A stretch of DNA of 64,000 nt, taken from contig QZKN01000001.1 in NCBI GenBank assembly GCA_003598175.1, positions 41,695 through 105,694 on the forward strand. Direction: 5' to 3'. How positions within the stretch are numbered: the stretch's first letter is position 1; each line of letters opens with the position of its first letter. Both the position numbers and the translations under genes were made by a program. Positions 40,893-51,314 of the stretch are shown piece by piece. Source of the stretch: Candidatus Omnitrophota bacterium (GTDB lineage: Bacteria; Hinthialibacterota; Hinthialibacteria; Hinthialibacterales; Hinthialibacteraceae). A model generated the notes under the pieces. It searched no databases. It was not told the DNA's origin and saw nothing but the letters and a program-made list of their open reading frames with translations.

Positions 40893-43236
40893 TTGTCGCC
40901 TGTTTCTCTTTGACCTCGCCCGCCGGCGCTTCTTCGGGTTTCGACGGACATTCCTCCGGACGGGCCGGGCGGGAATACTTGCATTCCTTGTTCGGGCATT
41001 TCACGGTCGGCCCCTTGCGTTTGTAGTCCTTGAATACGAGAAACGGATTCTTGCATTCCGGGCAGGATTCCGTGATCGGAGGATCCCACGAAACGAATTC
41101 GCAGTTGGGATAATGGCTGCACCCATAAAACACCGTCCCCCGCCGGGAACGCCGCTGTACGATGTCGCCGCCGCAATTCGGCAGCGGACAGATAATGCCG
41201 GTGGGCAGCGGCCGGGCATTCTTGCATTTGGGATAGGCGGAACAAGCGAGAAAATTGCCGAAGCGGCCGGGGCGAATCACCATTTTCGCGCCGCATTTGT
41301 CGCACACTTCCTCCGTTTCCACAATTTCCACTTCGTTCAACGACGCGCTGAAATCACAGTCCGGATATCCCGAACAGGCCAGAAACCAACTGGTCCGCCC
41401 CCACTTTTTGACCAGCGGTTTTCCGCATTTCTCGCAGATTTGATCGGTGGGCTGCTGCAAGGAACGCAACACCTCGCCGAAACCTTTCGGCGCTTTGCTC
41501 AGATCCGCGGCGAACGGTTCATAAAAATTACGCAGAATCTCCACCCAATTGGCTTTCCCATCCTCCACTTCGTCCAATTTGTTTTCCACGCCCGCGGTGA
41601 ATCCCACTTCGATGATATCGGGAAAATTGGTAACCAGTAGTTTGTTCACCACTTCTCCCAAATCCGTCGTATAAAATCGCTTTTCCTTCCGTTCGATATA
41701 TTTCCGATCCACAATGGTTTTAATAATCGAGGAATACGTGCTGGGTCGTCCGATCCCCTCGCTCTCCAATTCCTTGATCAGCGAGGCGTCGTTATAACGA
41801 GCCGGCGGCCGGGTAAAATGCTGCTCTGAATCGATTTGTTTCAAATCCAGAGATTCTCCCTCTTTCATCTGCGGCAATTGTTGATCCTTTTCATTTTCCG
41901 GATCGCGATACACGACCGTGTATCCGTCAAACGTCAAAACGGATCCCGTCGCGCGAAAGAGGTATCCGTTTCCGGCGATATCAATTTTTGTCGATAAGTA
42001 TTCCGCCGGCGTCATTTGGCAGGCCAGAAACCGCTTCCAGATCATATCATAGATTTTGGCCTGATCCGCGTTGAGATATTTCTTCACTTTTTCCGGCGAG
42101 TGGGACTCGTCGAGGTGCGTCGGACGGATCGCTTCGTGCGCGTCCTGCGCGCTCTTTTTGCTCTTATAAACATTCGGCGTGGCGGGTAGATAGCGCTCGC
42201 CGAATTTGGAAAAAATATACTCGCGCCCCTTCTCAATCGCTTCGTTGGCGATGCGCACCGAATCCGTCCTCATATAGGTGATCAATCCCACGGTTTCATC
42301 GCCGATATCGATCCCTTCATACAGCGACTGCGCCGCGCGCATGGTTTTGTCGCCGGTAAAACCGAAGAGGCGAGAAGCATCCTGCTGCAAAGTGCTGGTA
42401 ATGTACGGCGCCGGCGGCCGCCGCGTTCGTTTGCGGCTCTCCACCGATTGGATCGAATAATTCGGCTCTTGCAATCGTGCGATTAATTCATTCGCCTGCT
42501 CCTGCGATTGGATGTGCAGCAAATTGGCGTCGTCTTTTTCCTCTTCGTCTTTCCCTTCCCCTTTATGGCTGATCTTTTTGCCTTCCACGCTGAACAATTC
42601 GGCCTGCAGCTCCTGCCCGCCGCCGTTTTTAAAGACGCCGTTGATCGTCCAATATTCGACCGTAACGAAGGCGCGAATCGCTTCCTCTCGTTCGCAGACG
42701 AGTCGCAGCGTCACCGATTGAACACGGCCCGCCGAAAGCGCGCTTCGATGCCGCGTCAACATGCGGGTGAGCATGGGGCTGATTTTATATCCCACCAATC
42801 GATCCAAGATACGCCGCGCCTGTTGCGCATTCACCAAATCCATATTGATCTGGCTCGGATGTTGAATCGCATGGCGGACGGCGGATTTCGTGATCTCGTT
42901 GAACGTCACCCGATGGATTTCTTTTCCGTTCAACACCGGCTTCAACAATTCGGCCAAATGCCACGAGATCGCTTCCCCTTCCCGGTCCGGGTCGGGGGCC
43001 AAATACACGTCCTTGCACTTTTCCGCCAGTTTCTCCAATTGCTTGATGGTTTTTTTCTTGTCCGGAGATACCACATATGTGGGTGCGAAATTGTTTTCGA
43101 TATCGACGCCCAACTCCCGATCCGGCAAATCCCGAACATGTCCCATCGACGCCGTGACTTCGAAGTCGGAGCCCAGGAACTTGTTGATGGTTTTTGCCTT
43201 GGCGGGAGATTCAACGATTACCAGCGATTTGGGCAC
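40885..43236 (-). CDS. topA: DNA topoisomerase I
   Basis: LVIVESPAKAKTI, DPDREGE, GLITYMRTDS and C-terminal Zn ribbons. GTG start after GGAGG. Confidence 0.97.
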   Translation of the reverse strand: MPKSLVIVESPAKAKTINKFLGSDFEVTASMGHVRDLPDRELGVDIENNFAPTYVVSPDKKKTIKQLEKLAEKCKDVYLAPDPDREGEAISWHLAELLKPVLNGKEIHRVTFNEITKSAVRHAIQHPSQINMDLVNAQQARRILDRLVGYKISPMLTRMLTRHRSALSAGRVQSVTLRLVCEREEAIRAFVTVEYWTINGVFKNGGGQELQAELFSVEGKKISHKGEGKDEEEKDDANLLHIQSQEQANELIARLQEPNYSIQSVESRKRTRRPPAPYITSTLQQDASRLFGFTGDKTMRAAQSLYEGIDIGDETVGLITYMRTDSVRIANEAIEKGREYIFSKFGERYLPATPNVYKSKKSAQDAHEAIRPTHLDESHSPEKVKKYLNADQAKIYDMIWKRFLACQMTPAEYLSTKIDIAGNGYLFRATGSVLTFDGYTVVYRDPENEKDQQLPQMKEGESLDLKQIDSEQHFTRPPARYNDASLIKELESEGIGRPSTYSSIIKTIVDRKYIERKEKRFYTTDLGEVVNKLLVTNFPDIIEVGFTAGVENKLDEVEDGKANWVEILRNFYEPFAADLSKAPKGFGEVLRSLQQPTDQICEKCGKPLVKKWGRTSWFLACSGYPDCDFSASLNEVEIVETEEVCDKCGAKMVIRPGRFGNFLACSAYPKCKNARPLPTGIICPLPNCGGDIVQRRSRRGTVFYGCSHYPNCEFVSWDPPITESCPECKNPFLVFKDYKRKGPTVKCPNKECKYSRPARPEECPSKPEEAPAGEVKEKQATNG

Positions 43237-43260
43237 AATAAAATCCTCCATTTTATCTGT

Positions 43261-43521
43261 TCAACCGTGTAACGATTCAAACCGGAAAGTACTTCACAGC
43301 AGTACGGTTTCCGCGGAAAGAATAAACCACTTGTTGCGCCGAAAAACAATACCCCATGGATCCATCAGGTCGACAATACATGGCTGCCGCAGCCAAAAGG
43401 CTCCTTCAATAAGAAAATAGCCTTCCTTCAACGCATTTCAATAGGAGATAGGAATATTTTCTCTCCCAATTCTTTCGCTCCGTTCCGTAAAAGTGAACTG
43501 AATGGCATACTCATGCAACAT
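43261..43521 (-). pseudogene. Possible decayed WYL-domain gene fragment
   Basis: One frame reads ...MDPWGIVFRRNKWFILS...*STFRFESL with in-frame TGAs at 43440, 43296 and 43263. Confidence 0.35.
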
Positions 43522-43593
43522 TTTTTGGTATTTCACAAGCGGAAATACCGATCACTGCTTGCAGATTTTCATTATACCTGTTGAAAAAACAAT

Positions 43594-44400
43594 TCAAGTG
43601 CGGGTCGGAAGGAATCGATTCCCGCTTTCCATCTTGTTAATTTTCTTTACATCCCTTTCACTGATGTGTCGCCATTCTCCCGGTTTGAGCGTCTCGATGG
43701 CTATGGGACCGACAGAAATCCGCCGCAATGAAAGGATATCCACTCCCACCACCGCGCACATTCGCCGCACCTGCCGATTCCGCCCTTCCCGCAAAGCGAT
43801 ATGAAATTTGTAACGATTTTCCTCTTGTTTTCGGTGCTTCGAAATTCGCGCCGGCAGCGTTATCTTCCCATCCAAACGCACACCGGTTTCCAATCGTCGC
43901 CGTATTTCCGGCGACAAACACCGATCCGCAACCACCACATATTCTTTCCACACCTGATGGCTGGGATGCAACAAGGTATTCCCCCAATTTCCATCATTCG
44001 TGAGCAACAACAAACCTTCCGTTTCTCGATCCAACCGTCCGATGGGAAACAATCCGGCGCCGGCAAATTCCCGGGGCAGAAAATCCATTACGGTTTTCCG
44101 GCCTTGCGGATCTTTTTTTGTCGTCACAACACCTTTCGGTTTGTTCATCGCGATATAAAGCAGGGAAGGTTTGCGGAGAGCGACGCCATCCACGTTGATC
44201 CGTTGGCTTTGCGGATCGACTTTGACGCCGACCTGGCTGCAAACAATGCCATCGATCGTAACCCGGCCTGCCAATATCCACTCATCGGCCTTTCGCCGCG
44301 AGCACAAGCCGGATCGCGCCAGTAATTGATTCAAGCGAATAAGCGGTTTATCCGTTGGCCTGGTCGCTGGATTGAGTTTCGTTTTGTTTTTCACCCTCAT
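43594..44400 (-). CDS. rluB: rRNA pseudouridine synthase (RluB/RsuA family)
   Basis: S4 domain SRRKAD, NKPKG, IGRLD and EGRNRQVRRM. Confidence 0.9.
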   Translation of the reverse strand: MRVKNKTKLNPATRPTDKPLIRLNQLLARSGLCSRRKADEWILAGRVTIDGIVCSQVGVKVDPQSQRINVDGVALRKPSLLYIAMNKPKGVVTTKKDPQGRKTVMDFLPREFAGAGLFPIGRLDRETEGLLLLTNDGNWGNTLLHPSHQVWKEYVVVADRCLSPEIRRRLETGVRLDGKITLPARISKHRKQEENRYKFHIALREGRNRQVRRMCAVVGVDILSLRRISVGPIAIETLKPGEWRHISERDVKKINKMESGNRFLPTRT

Positions 44401-44986
44401 TTGGTTGTTCTTCCGACGATTCGCCGGCAATGTCCCCTCCGTCTTCTATTACGGAAACGCTTGAAAAGGTTTCCGACAAATCCTCGATCGGCGGGAGATC
44501 TTTGAGCGAGTTGATGCTGAAATATTCCAAAAAATGCCTGGTCGTGCCGTATAAATTCGGGCGGCCGGGCACGTCTTTGCTTCCCACGACTTTGATGAGA
44601 CGTTTGTCGAGCAGCGATTTCAAGACGCCGTCCACTCCCACGCCGCGGATGGCTTCCATTTCCGCGCGCGTGATCGGCTGCTTATACGCCACGATGGCGA
44701 TCGTTTCCATCGCCGCGCTGCTCAACGTGCTCTTTCGCTTTTTTTCCAAAAAACGATTCACGTGCACGCTGTGCACCGGGCAGGTGCGCAATTGAAAACC
44801 TCCCGCCACTTCCATCACCTGCAACGCGGAACCGATCTGCAGATATCGCTCCGATAGCGCCTGGATTGCGCTCCGAATTTCTTCTTCCTGCGCGTCCAAC
44901 ACTTCCGTCAATCGTTTGGCCGGCAGTGGATCCCCCGACACGAAAATCAAAGCCTCCACCGCACCGATTAATTGATCCTGATCCAT
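44348..44986 (-). CDS. scpB: SMC-Scp complex subunit ScpB
   Basis: VEALIF, IVAYKQPITR and GRPNLYGTT..FL.YF. Confidence 0.95.
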   Translation of the reverse strand: MDQDQLIGAVEALIFVSGDPLPAKRLTEVLDAQEEEIRSAIQALSERYLQIGSALQVMEVAGGFQLRTCPVHSVHVNRFLEKKRKSTLSSAAMETIAIVAYKQPITRAEMEAIRGVGVDGVLKSLLDKRLIKVVGSKDVPGRPNLYGTTRHFLEYFSINSLKDLPPIEDLSETFSSVSVIEDGGDIAGESSEEQPNEGEKQNETQSSDQANG

Positions 44987-45086
44987 AATTCCATTCGTTC
45001 AATCATTTAGAATTGATTCCCCACAGGGTCCGGGGCGGCAAGGGCAACGTTGTGTATTGCCTTTGTGGAATATGCCTGCCAATTGT

Positions 45087-45893
45087 TCATCCTTCCTCCG
45101 CGAATTCGCCGTCCTCTTCCGTGGAAACGGTTAATTTCTCGCCTTTTTCCAGAAGAATTTCCCCGTGAATCTCTTCCTGCAACGCCCGCGCCTCGTGCAG
45201 GCGGATCATCTCCAGCAGCGCCAGAAACACGACGATGATCTCCAATTTCGAATGCAACGTCCGCAAATATTCGCTGAGCCGAATACGTCGATTATACGTC
45301 AACAAGGCTTCGATCTCCAATATTTTTTCGTCAACCGAATAGGATTCGCCCTCCACCACGTTGACATCGGCGGCGCCGATCTCCTCGATGATTTTTTGAA
45401 AGGTTCTATATAAATCATACACGCTGACTTCGGTATACTCGATCACCTCCCGCTCCCCTTCCGGCTGCGAACCCAACCGTGGAAACAGAGCGGAACTTTC
45501 CTCTTCCCGCACACGCAGTTCATCCGCCAATTTGCGAAATCGTTCATATTCCTGCCGGCGCAATTCCAAAATTTGATCGGCGAGTTCCTCGTCTTCGGGT
45601 TCATTCTCGTCCTTCGGAATCAACGCGCGGGACTTATAGCGAAGCAGCGTCGCCGCCAAAACCAAATATTCGCCCGCCAGATCGAGATCCTTCGTTTCCC
45701 ATTGCCGAATAAGCTGAATGTAGTCCCGGGTGATCGATGAAATGCTAATCGTCAGGATATCCATCTCATGTTTGGCGATGAGATGGACCAACAATTCCAA
45801 GGGGCCGGTGAAACCTTCGATATTCACCGGCAGGCGAGCGCCCGCCGATTCCACCACACTATCATTTGCCAAACATTCCTCCGGATTCATCAT
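45087..45893 (-). CDS. scpA: SMC-Scp complex subunit ScpA
   Basis: FTGPLELL.HLI, AGEYLV.AA.L...KSR and FLALLEM. Confidence 0.95.
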   Translation of the reverse strand: MMNPEECLANDSVVESAGARLPVNIEGFTGPLELLVHLIAKHEMDILTISISSITRDYIQLIRQWETKDLDLAGEYLVLAATLLRYKSRALIPKDENEPEDEELADQILELRRQEYERFRKLADELRVREEESSALFPRLGSQPEGEREVIEYTEVSVYDLYRTFQKIIEEIGAADVNVVEGESYSVDEKILEIEALLTYNRRIRLSEYLRTLHSKLEIIVVFLALLEMIRLHEARALQEEIHGEILLEKGEKLTVSTEEDGEFAEEG

Positions 45894-46202
45894 GAACAAG
45901 TCAAAACCACTCTTCCATCGAATTGGAATGATCCATCGTAAAATTCCGGACCCAAAACATCATCGGAAATACGTCCGGAAGATCTCAGAACAAATTGTCT
46001 CCAAGCCTTGTGATCTTAGTCCAGGAAAACGATTCGTCCAGCCTTGAATGGGAAAAGTTCAGTTTTATCTCTTCGTTGCTTGACAAAGGGCTTGGTTTGC
46101 CTGAAATCAAATTAGCAAATAGTGTGCCAAGTTTGTTAATTTTTGTGTAGGTGGTGGTTTTGGAGGGCGTTGGGGGATGGAAGAGTAATCCATTGCAGAC
46201 GG

Positions 46203-46535
46203 TCATATTTCATTCAGGGATTCGAGTAATTCACCGAGGGCTTCATCCGCTCCCATTGCTTTTCTTCTGGCGTTTTCATAGACTTCTTTTAGTTCATTTG
46301 CAGTCAAATAACTACAATTATCGCTGGATATTTTGTCAACGATTTTCCCTTCTTTGTTATAAATTCGGAGTTTATATAAATCATGACTCTCATCGGAATA
46401 GTCAGCTATTTCAACTGAATAATCAGAAAAAGACACTAAAAAAATGTTTTCTTCCGCTGTTTCTTCCCAATTAATTTTATTGTTCACCGTTTTCTCGTGG
46501 AGTTGATTGATTAATTGTGTAAATTTTGAATTCAT
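46203..46535 (-). CDS. Hypothetical protein in a low-GC islet
   Basis: AT-rich ORF of 110 aa from ATG 46535, 4 nt after the upstream stop. No family recognised. Confidence 0.7.
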   Translation of the reverse strand: MNSKFTQLINQLHEKTVNNKINWEETAEENIFLVSFSDYSVEIADYSDESHDLYKLRIYNKEGKIVDKISSDNCSYLTANELKEVYENARRKAMGADEALGELLESLNEI

Positions 46536-46539
46536 GATC

Positions 46540-47034
46540 TTACCTGCCAACAGTATTTTTGATTTCTTCAAGCACTTGAGTCAAATTATCGATTTGTTTG
46601 GTCACGATTTTATTCAGTTTTGAAGCATCCGGAGAATCGGCATGAGTGGACAGTATGTTTTCAATCTTGTTTTTTATGATAGTAAATTGCCCCACTGCTC
46701 TATTCAACGATTCCTTATGCTCTTTTGATAAATCGGGATTTGCGCCCTGCACGGAAATAAGAGATTTTTTCAAAACCGTATAACGATCCGGAAGAATTCT
46801 CCATGCCTTTTCACGATGAAGCCGCTCGATTTCTTCCATGGTGGCCCGTGCTTCTGACAAAATTGATATCGTATCAATTTTAATTATATCATTTCTCACT
46901 TCGAGTACCGCGAACTTTGCTTTCCTGACAGTGAAAATAGTTATTCCAAAACCAATTATAGCAAGAAAAAGTCCGAGAACACTGGCGATATCTCCTATAT
47001 TATTTTCAATTATGAATTGGAAGAGAGTGCGCAT
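46540..47034 (-). CDS. Hypothetical single-TM helical protein in a low-GC islet
   Basis: N-terminal TM (IASVLGLFLAIIGFGITIF) followed by an amphipathic helical region. AT-rich. Confidence 0.75.
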   Translation of the reverse strand: MRTLFQFIIENNIGDIASVLGLFLAIIGFGITIFTVRKAKFAVLEVRNDIIKIDTISILSEARATMEEIERLHREKAWRILPDRYTVLKKSLISVQGANPDLSKEHKESLNRAVGQFTIIKNKIENILSTHADSPDASKLNKIVTKQIDNLTQVLEEIKNTVGR

Positions 47035-47217
47035 AATTTTGTTTGGGTTTGTAGCGATTTTTTCTGAAAAATAATTCTCTTTTACGATTTAGTCAACCGA
47101 GTTTTACCATTTTACCAGAAACTAATTATAAAGATAACAGTGAACACTCTGCCCACCAAAATAATAGCCCCTCCACCATTCATTGCATACCAACGTCAAC
47201 AAGAATTTGTGTATCGA

Positions 47218-47730
47218 TCATTTCATCGTATCCTTCACATGAAAACCAATTTGTCGTTTTACCGGTTTAGGCGGATCCATCAACTGCCGAATCGCTGCGA
47301 ATACCACCTTGAATTGTTCATCGTATTTGGTTTCCAGCGCATCAAGTTTTTTGGCAAGCTCCATATTTGAAATGAGAAGGCGGCGCAGGCGAGAAAAAGC
47401 CCGCATGATTTCGATGTTAACCTGGATCGCTTTGGGGCTGCGTAATACACTCGACAACATGGCAACGCCATGCTCGGTAAAAACATAAGGGGGATATCTA
47501 CGCCCACCCCACTGACTTGAGGTTCCAAATTGGCGCCTCAAGATTTCAAATTCCTCTTTTGAAAGTTGAAACATAAAGTCTTGTGGAAATCGCTCAATAT
47601 TTCTCTTGACAGCTTTAACCAAAATTTTTGTATCTACCTCGTATAATTCAGCCAAATCGGAATCCAGCATGACTTTTTGTCCGTGAATTTCGATGATCCG
47701 ATGCTCAATTTCGGCTATTTTAGTTTCCAT
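47218..47730 (-). CDS. ORF6N (KilA-N-like) domain DNA-binding protein
   Basis: [15 protein letters not shown]....L..AVKRN..RFP.DFMFQL and [14 protein letters not shown]. Confidence 0.9.
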   Translation of the reverse strand: METKIAEIEHRIIEIHGQKVMLDSDLAELYEVDTKILVKAVKRNIERFPQDFMFQLSKEEFEILRRQFGTSSQWGGRRYPPYVFTEHGVAMLSSVLRSPKAIQVNIEIMRAFSRLRRLLISNMELAKKLDALETKYDEQFKVVFAAIRQLMDPPKPVKRQIGFHVKDTMK

Positions 47731-47752
47731 GGCGCATAACATAGAGCTTTGT

Positions 47753-47764
47753 GAACATGTGAAC
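47753..47764 (-). promoter_or_regulatory. Candidate operator GTTC-ACAT-GTTC shared with the lexA upstream region
   Basis: Minus strand reads GTTCACATGTTC. The first 10 nt are identical to 58106-58115. Confidence 0.45.
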
Positions 47765-47775
47765 CATTACAAAAA

Positions 47776-48885
47776 TCAATGAGTTGCATCCGCCATGCGG
47801 TTCAGAACTTCGATTCCGCGCTCGATGGTGTGATCTTCGGCGGCGAACGAAATGCGGAAATGGGTTTTGCGTTCGGAAAAGACGCTGCCGGGCACGACGA
47901 GGAGGTTGTTTTCGATCGCCTGGCGCACGAATTCATCGCCGTCTCCGTTCGGCGCTTCGGGAAAGATGTAGAACGCGCCGCCCGGGCGGACGACATGGAA
48001 GCGATCCTTCAATCCGTTGTAGATCAGGTCGCGTTTGCGGCGGTAATCCGCGCGGGTAGGCGACAAGTCGATATCCAGCGCAGTCATTCCGGCGTGTTGG
48101 GCGAAGCTGGGGGCGCAGACGAAGGAATACATTTGAATGTTGATCATCGCCGCGACGATGTCTTTCGGCCCGTAGGCATATCCCAAACGCCACCCCGTCA
48201 TCGCCACGGATTTGGAGAAGCCGGACAGGATCAGCGTATAAGGATAGAACTCGGCGGGCGATTGCAGCGTATCCTGATCGTAAAGGAACGGTTCGTAAAT
48301 TTCGTCGGAAATAATGAGCAATCCGTGCTTTTCCGCGATTTTCGTCGCTGCCTGCAGCATCTCTTTCGTGAAAATCACTCCGGTCGGATTGCAGGGACTG
48401 TTGATCAGAATGGCTTTGGTGCGAGGGGTGATGAGTTTTTCCAACTTTTCGGGATTGGGTTGAAAATCGGGATAAGTATCCAAATACACCGGTCGCGCGC
48501 CGATGAAATTCGCGAGATGTTTGTACATCACGAAAAACGGGTCGGGGATGATGATTTCGTCGCCTTCGTCCAGCACGGCCAGAAAGGCAAGCAGGATTCC
48601 GCCGGAGACGCCCGAAGTAATCAAGACATCTCCCAAATCCAATCCGCGATGGACATATTGCCGCTTGATTTTTTCGCGAAATTCGTCCAAACCGGCGGTT
48701 TGAGTATAGCTGTTTTTTCCGGCGCGAATTGCGGCGATGGCGGTTTCCTTGATATCCTCCGGCACGTCGAAATGCGGTTGGCCGATGGATAGGTTGATGG
48801 GATTTTCCATTTTCGCCGCCAGCGCAAACACTTTGCGGATGCCGGACGAGTCGATTTTTGTGGTACGTTTGGCGAGAGAAATCAT
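47776..48885 (-). CDS. Class I/II PLP-dependent aminotransferase (AspC-like)
   Basis: NLSIGQPHF, NSPCNPTG, SDEIY and SKSVAMTGWRLG. Confidence 0.92.
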   Translation of the reverse strand: MISLAKRTTKIDSSGIRKVFALAAKMENPINLSIGQPHFDVPEDIKETAIAAIRAGKNSYTQTAGLDEFREKIKRQYVHRGLDLGDVLITSGVSGGILLAFLAVLDEGDEIIIPDPFFVMYKHLANFIGARPVYLDTYPDFQPNPEKLEKLITPRTKAILINSPCNPTGVIFTKEMLQAATKIAEKHGLLIISDEIYEPFLYDQDTLQSPAEFYPYTLILSGFSKSVAMTGWRLGYAYGPKDIVAAMINIQMYSFVCAPSFAQHAGMTALDIDLSPTRADYRRKRDLIYNGLKDRFHVVRPGGAFYIFPEAPNGDGDEFVRQAIENNLLVVPGSVFSERKTHFRISFAAEDHTIERGIEVLNRMADATH

Positions 48886-49098
48886 GGTTTGATCTGATCC
48901 GTTTCCTGATGATGTGAGTTGTGAAATCGTGATGACGATTTGTCGGTAAAGGAGGTATTGTTGCACGAAATGAAGAATTTCTCAAAGTGGATGCTATGGT
49001 TGTATATAAATCATGCGGATGAAAACAAATCGCGATCGACGAGAATCGTACGGATTCAGCTGGAGAAGGCCTCTCTTTTCATGAGCGAAACGGTTGAT

Positions 49099-50049
49099 TT
49101 ATTTCCTTCTTTTGAATCCTTGAAACCATCGAAGAATAAAAGCCATGCCATTGCCGGCGGAGTTGGAAGTGGATGCCATTTTTTGTGAGGAGCAAACACA
49201 TGCCGGCGTAGTTGTTACCGAGCCGTCAAGTTCGCTTACGATTTGTTCCAACAGACTCATCGCGGTTTGTAGGGCATCCAACTGATTTCTTCGTTCCTGT
49301 AAATCATCTTCAAAACGCCCGACGATGAGTTTTAACATGGCAAAGTTGACCGTTTTTATGCCGTGCAAATCCATTTCATAATTCCTTCTCATCGTATGGA
49401 AGATGGTGAGAATTTCATTCACCGTTTTCGGATTGAGCCTGGATTGAATCCGGGAAAAATGGGTTTCAACAAAATCGGAAAAAAAGTCGACGAAACGATT
49501 CCCCACTTCAATTTCAATGGTGTAAAAGCGGATCAAACACTGGAATTGTTCAATCATCGCTTGTAAATATTCGATCAGCATGGTCCGAATGTGTTGGCAG
49601 GAAGGTTTGATCTCGACGAGAAATTCCATTAGTTGATTTTTAACGCGGGAAAGTTCTTCGGAATGTTGCGTGAAAACGAGTTCTTCTTTTTTGATGCGGG
49701 ACAGAACGGAATTTTTTTCCCTCAACGTAAAGCGATTATAGGGAGAAATAAAAAGAATATCCGCCAACCGTTTGGAGCGGTTGATCGCGTTGGAACAGCG
49801 AGAAATGCGCTCGTCCTCGTCAAAAGGGCAGGATTCGAAGTTCTGCGCCGCGTTGGGATTGTCGCCGACAATCGAGAGGAAAGAAATGTCGATCAGAAGC
49901 GTGGAAATGCATTGAAAAACATGGTTTCCGTAAGTGCAACGAAACAAAAAGTCTTCTTCGTCGACAGTGGAATACCTCCGCATGAATTCCAGGTGGAGTT
50001 CATGCTTGATGTGTTGCAATAAAGAGATTCCTAATTTTATCATGTCCAA
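49099..50049 (-). CDS. Hypothetical helical protein
   Basis: 316-aa ORF filling the gap between genes, with an amphipathic helical pattern. No family recognised. Confidence 0.65.
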   Translation of the reverse strand: MDMIKLGISLLQHIKHELHLEFMRRYSTVDEEDFLFRCTYGNHVFQCISTLLIDISFLSIVGDNPNAAQNFESCPFDEDERISRCSNAINRSKRLADILFISPYNRFTLREKNSVLSRIKKEELVFTQHSEELSRVKNQLMEFLVEIKPSCQHIRTMLIEYLQAMIEQFQCLIRFYTIEIEVGNRFVDFFSDFVETHFSRIQSRLNPKTVNEILTIFHTMRRNYEMDLHGIKTVNFAMLKLIVGRFEDDLQERRNQLDALQTAMSLLEQIVSELDGSVTTTPACVCSSQKMASTSNSAGNGMAFILRWFQGFKRRK

Positions 50050-50203
50050 AAATGTGTTTTTGAAGGTCCTGAGTAACGAATTGTTTTGTCATCCATATGC
50101 CAAGCAATAAATATACCAATATCGATGCCGGGTTGTTGTGTTGAATAACTGTAATAAAATAGTACACATTCCCCTTCATACCACCTTTTATATGAGAAAG
50201 GTG

Positions 50204-50830
50204 TTAAAGAATGGAGTGGTTACGCAATTCCGATTGTAGCTGTTGCGGTGACACAAAGAGGATGGAATGTATCCCGGCGGAGCGGGCCCCTTCCACGTTT
50301 TGTTCCATGTCGTCGATAAAAAGGCATTCCTCCGGCTCCAATTTGTGAGCGAGGAGCAAGTGTTCGTATATTTGGGGCTCCGGTTTGACATGGCCGATGC
50401 GGTAAGAAAGGACCATGGCCGTAAAAAGGTCGAAGAAGGAGAAGGAGGGGCGCAAGAACTCGAAGGATTCACGAATAAAATTCGAAAGCGCATAAAGAGG
50501 GTAGCCGTGATCGTGCAATTCCTGCAGAATGGCGACGGTTTCGGGGATCGGATGGAACATATGCATCCAACAGCGGTCGAATTGGTGAATGGAGGTTTCG
50601 AGGGAGGGAGCGCGTTCGATAAAGATTTCTTTGGCCTCTTGAATCGAAAGGCGGCCGCGATCCAGGTCCGTCCATTCACGGCTTTGAAAAATCAGCGCAT
50701 ACATTGCCTCTCCCGTTTGGGGATCAGGAAAGAGGTCAAGCAGGAATTTTCGCGGGTCGAAGGTAATCAGGACTCCCCCCAAATCGAAGATGATATGGCG
50801 GATTGAATTCGTCTTTTCCGTTGCTTTCAA
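50204..50830 (-). CDS. HAD-family phosphatase
   Basis: IIFDLGGVL, ALSN, VKPE..IY and FIDD. TTG start at 50830 after AGGA. Confidence 0.9.
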   Translation of the reverse strand: MKATEKTNSIRHIIFDLGGVLITFDPRKFLLDLFPDPQTGEAMYALIFQSREWTDLDRGRLSIQEAKEIFIERAPSLETSIHQFDRCWMHMFHPIPETVAILQELHDHGYPLYALSNFIRESFEFLRPSFSFFDLFTAMVLSYRIGHVKPEPQIYEHLLLAHKLEPEECLFIDDMEQNVEGARSAGIHSILFVSPQQLQSELRNHSIL

Positions 50831-50936
50831 TGATTGGTATTCCTTTCTCTCTGATTTGAAATGGCTTACAATAGTAATTTCATACCCGGTTGGGTTTGAG
50901 TACGAATGTAAGAATCGTATCCGGAGGATAAATCCA

Positions 50937-51284
50937 ATGACGAAAACTCGGTTTCTGCGTGACAACATACTGGATGAGATGCTGGAGGAGATTCGAACCA
51001 TTGCGGAACAGGTATCGCGCCAGCAAATCCCTCCGCTGTTGTTTCACAATTCATTTCTGGCGTTAACCGAGATGTATGAAACGAATAAAAACGTTCTGCG
51101 TCATTTGGAAACGGCCATCGATCTCCTGCGCGATAACGCATCCGCGCAAGCGGCCATCGATCCCATCGTCGAGGCGGCCGCACATATCCAAATGGGAATT
51201 GTCAATGTGCATAATACTTTGAAAAATGATATCGAAAACCTGCTCGAAGGGATTCAGCTTCTCAAGACGAATTTAAAAATATAG
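50937..51284 (+). CDS. Hypothetical helical protein (115 aa)
   Basis: GGAGGA RBS upstream of ATG 50937. Confidence 0.6.
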   Translation: MTKTRFLRDNILDEMLEEIRTIAEQVSRQQIPPLLFHNSFLALTEMYETNKNVLRHLETAIDLLRDNASAQAAIDPIVEAAAHIQMGIVNVHNTLKNDIENLLEGIQLLKTNLKI

Positions 51285-51314
51285 CCATCGAATACCGGAA
51301 TCCTCTTCCAAACC

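Noticed and set aside
45900-46040. Possible site-2 protease or trpS remnant upstream of scpA
   Set aside because: The broken frame has no convincing motif.
16304-46048. Shared 11-mer CCAGCCTTGAA at 16304-16314 (minus) and 46038-46048 (plus)
   Set aside because: There is no extended alignment or clear hairpin, so it could be chance or a very decayed repeat.
48940-49188. 82-aa plus-strand ORF with a nearby GGAGG
   Set aside because: It overlaps the convergent 316-aa gene and has no recognisable features.
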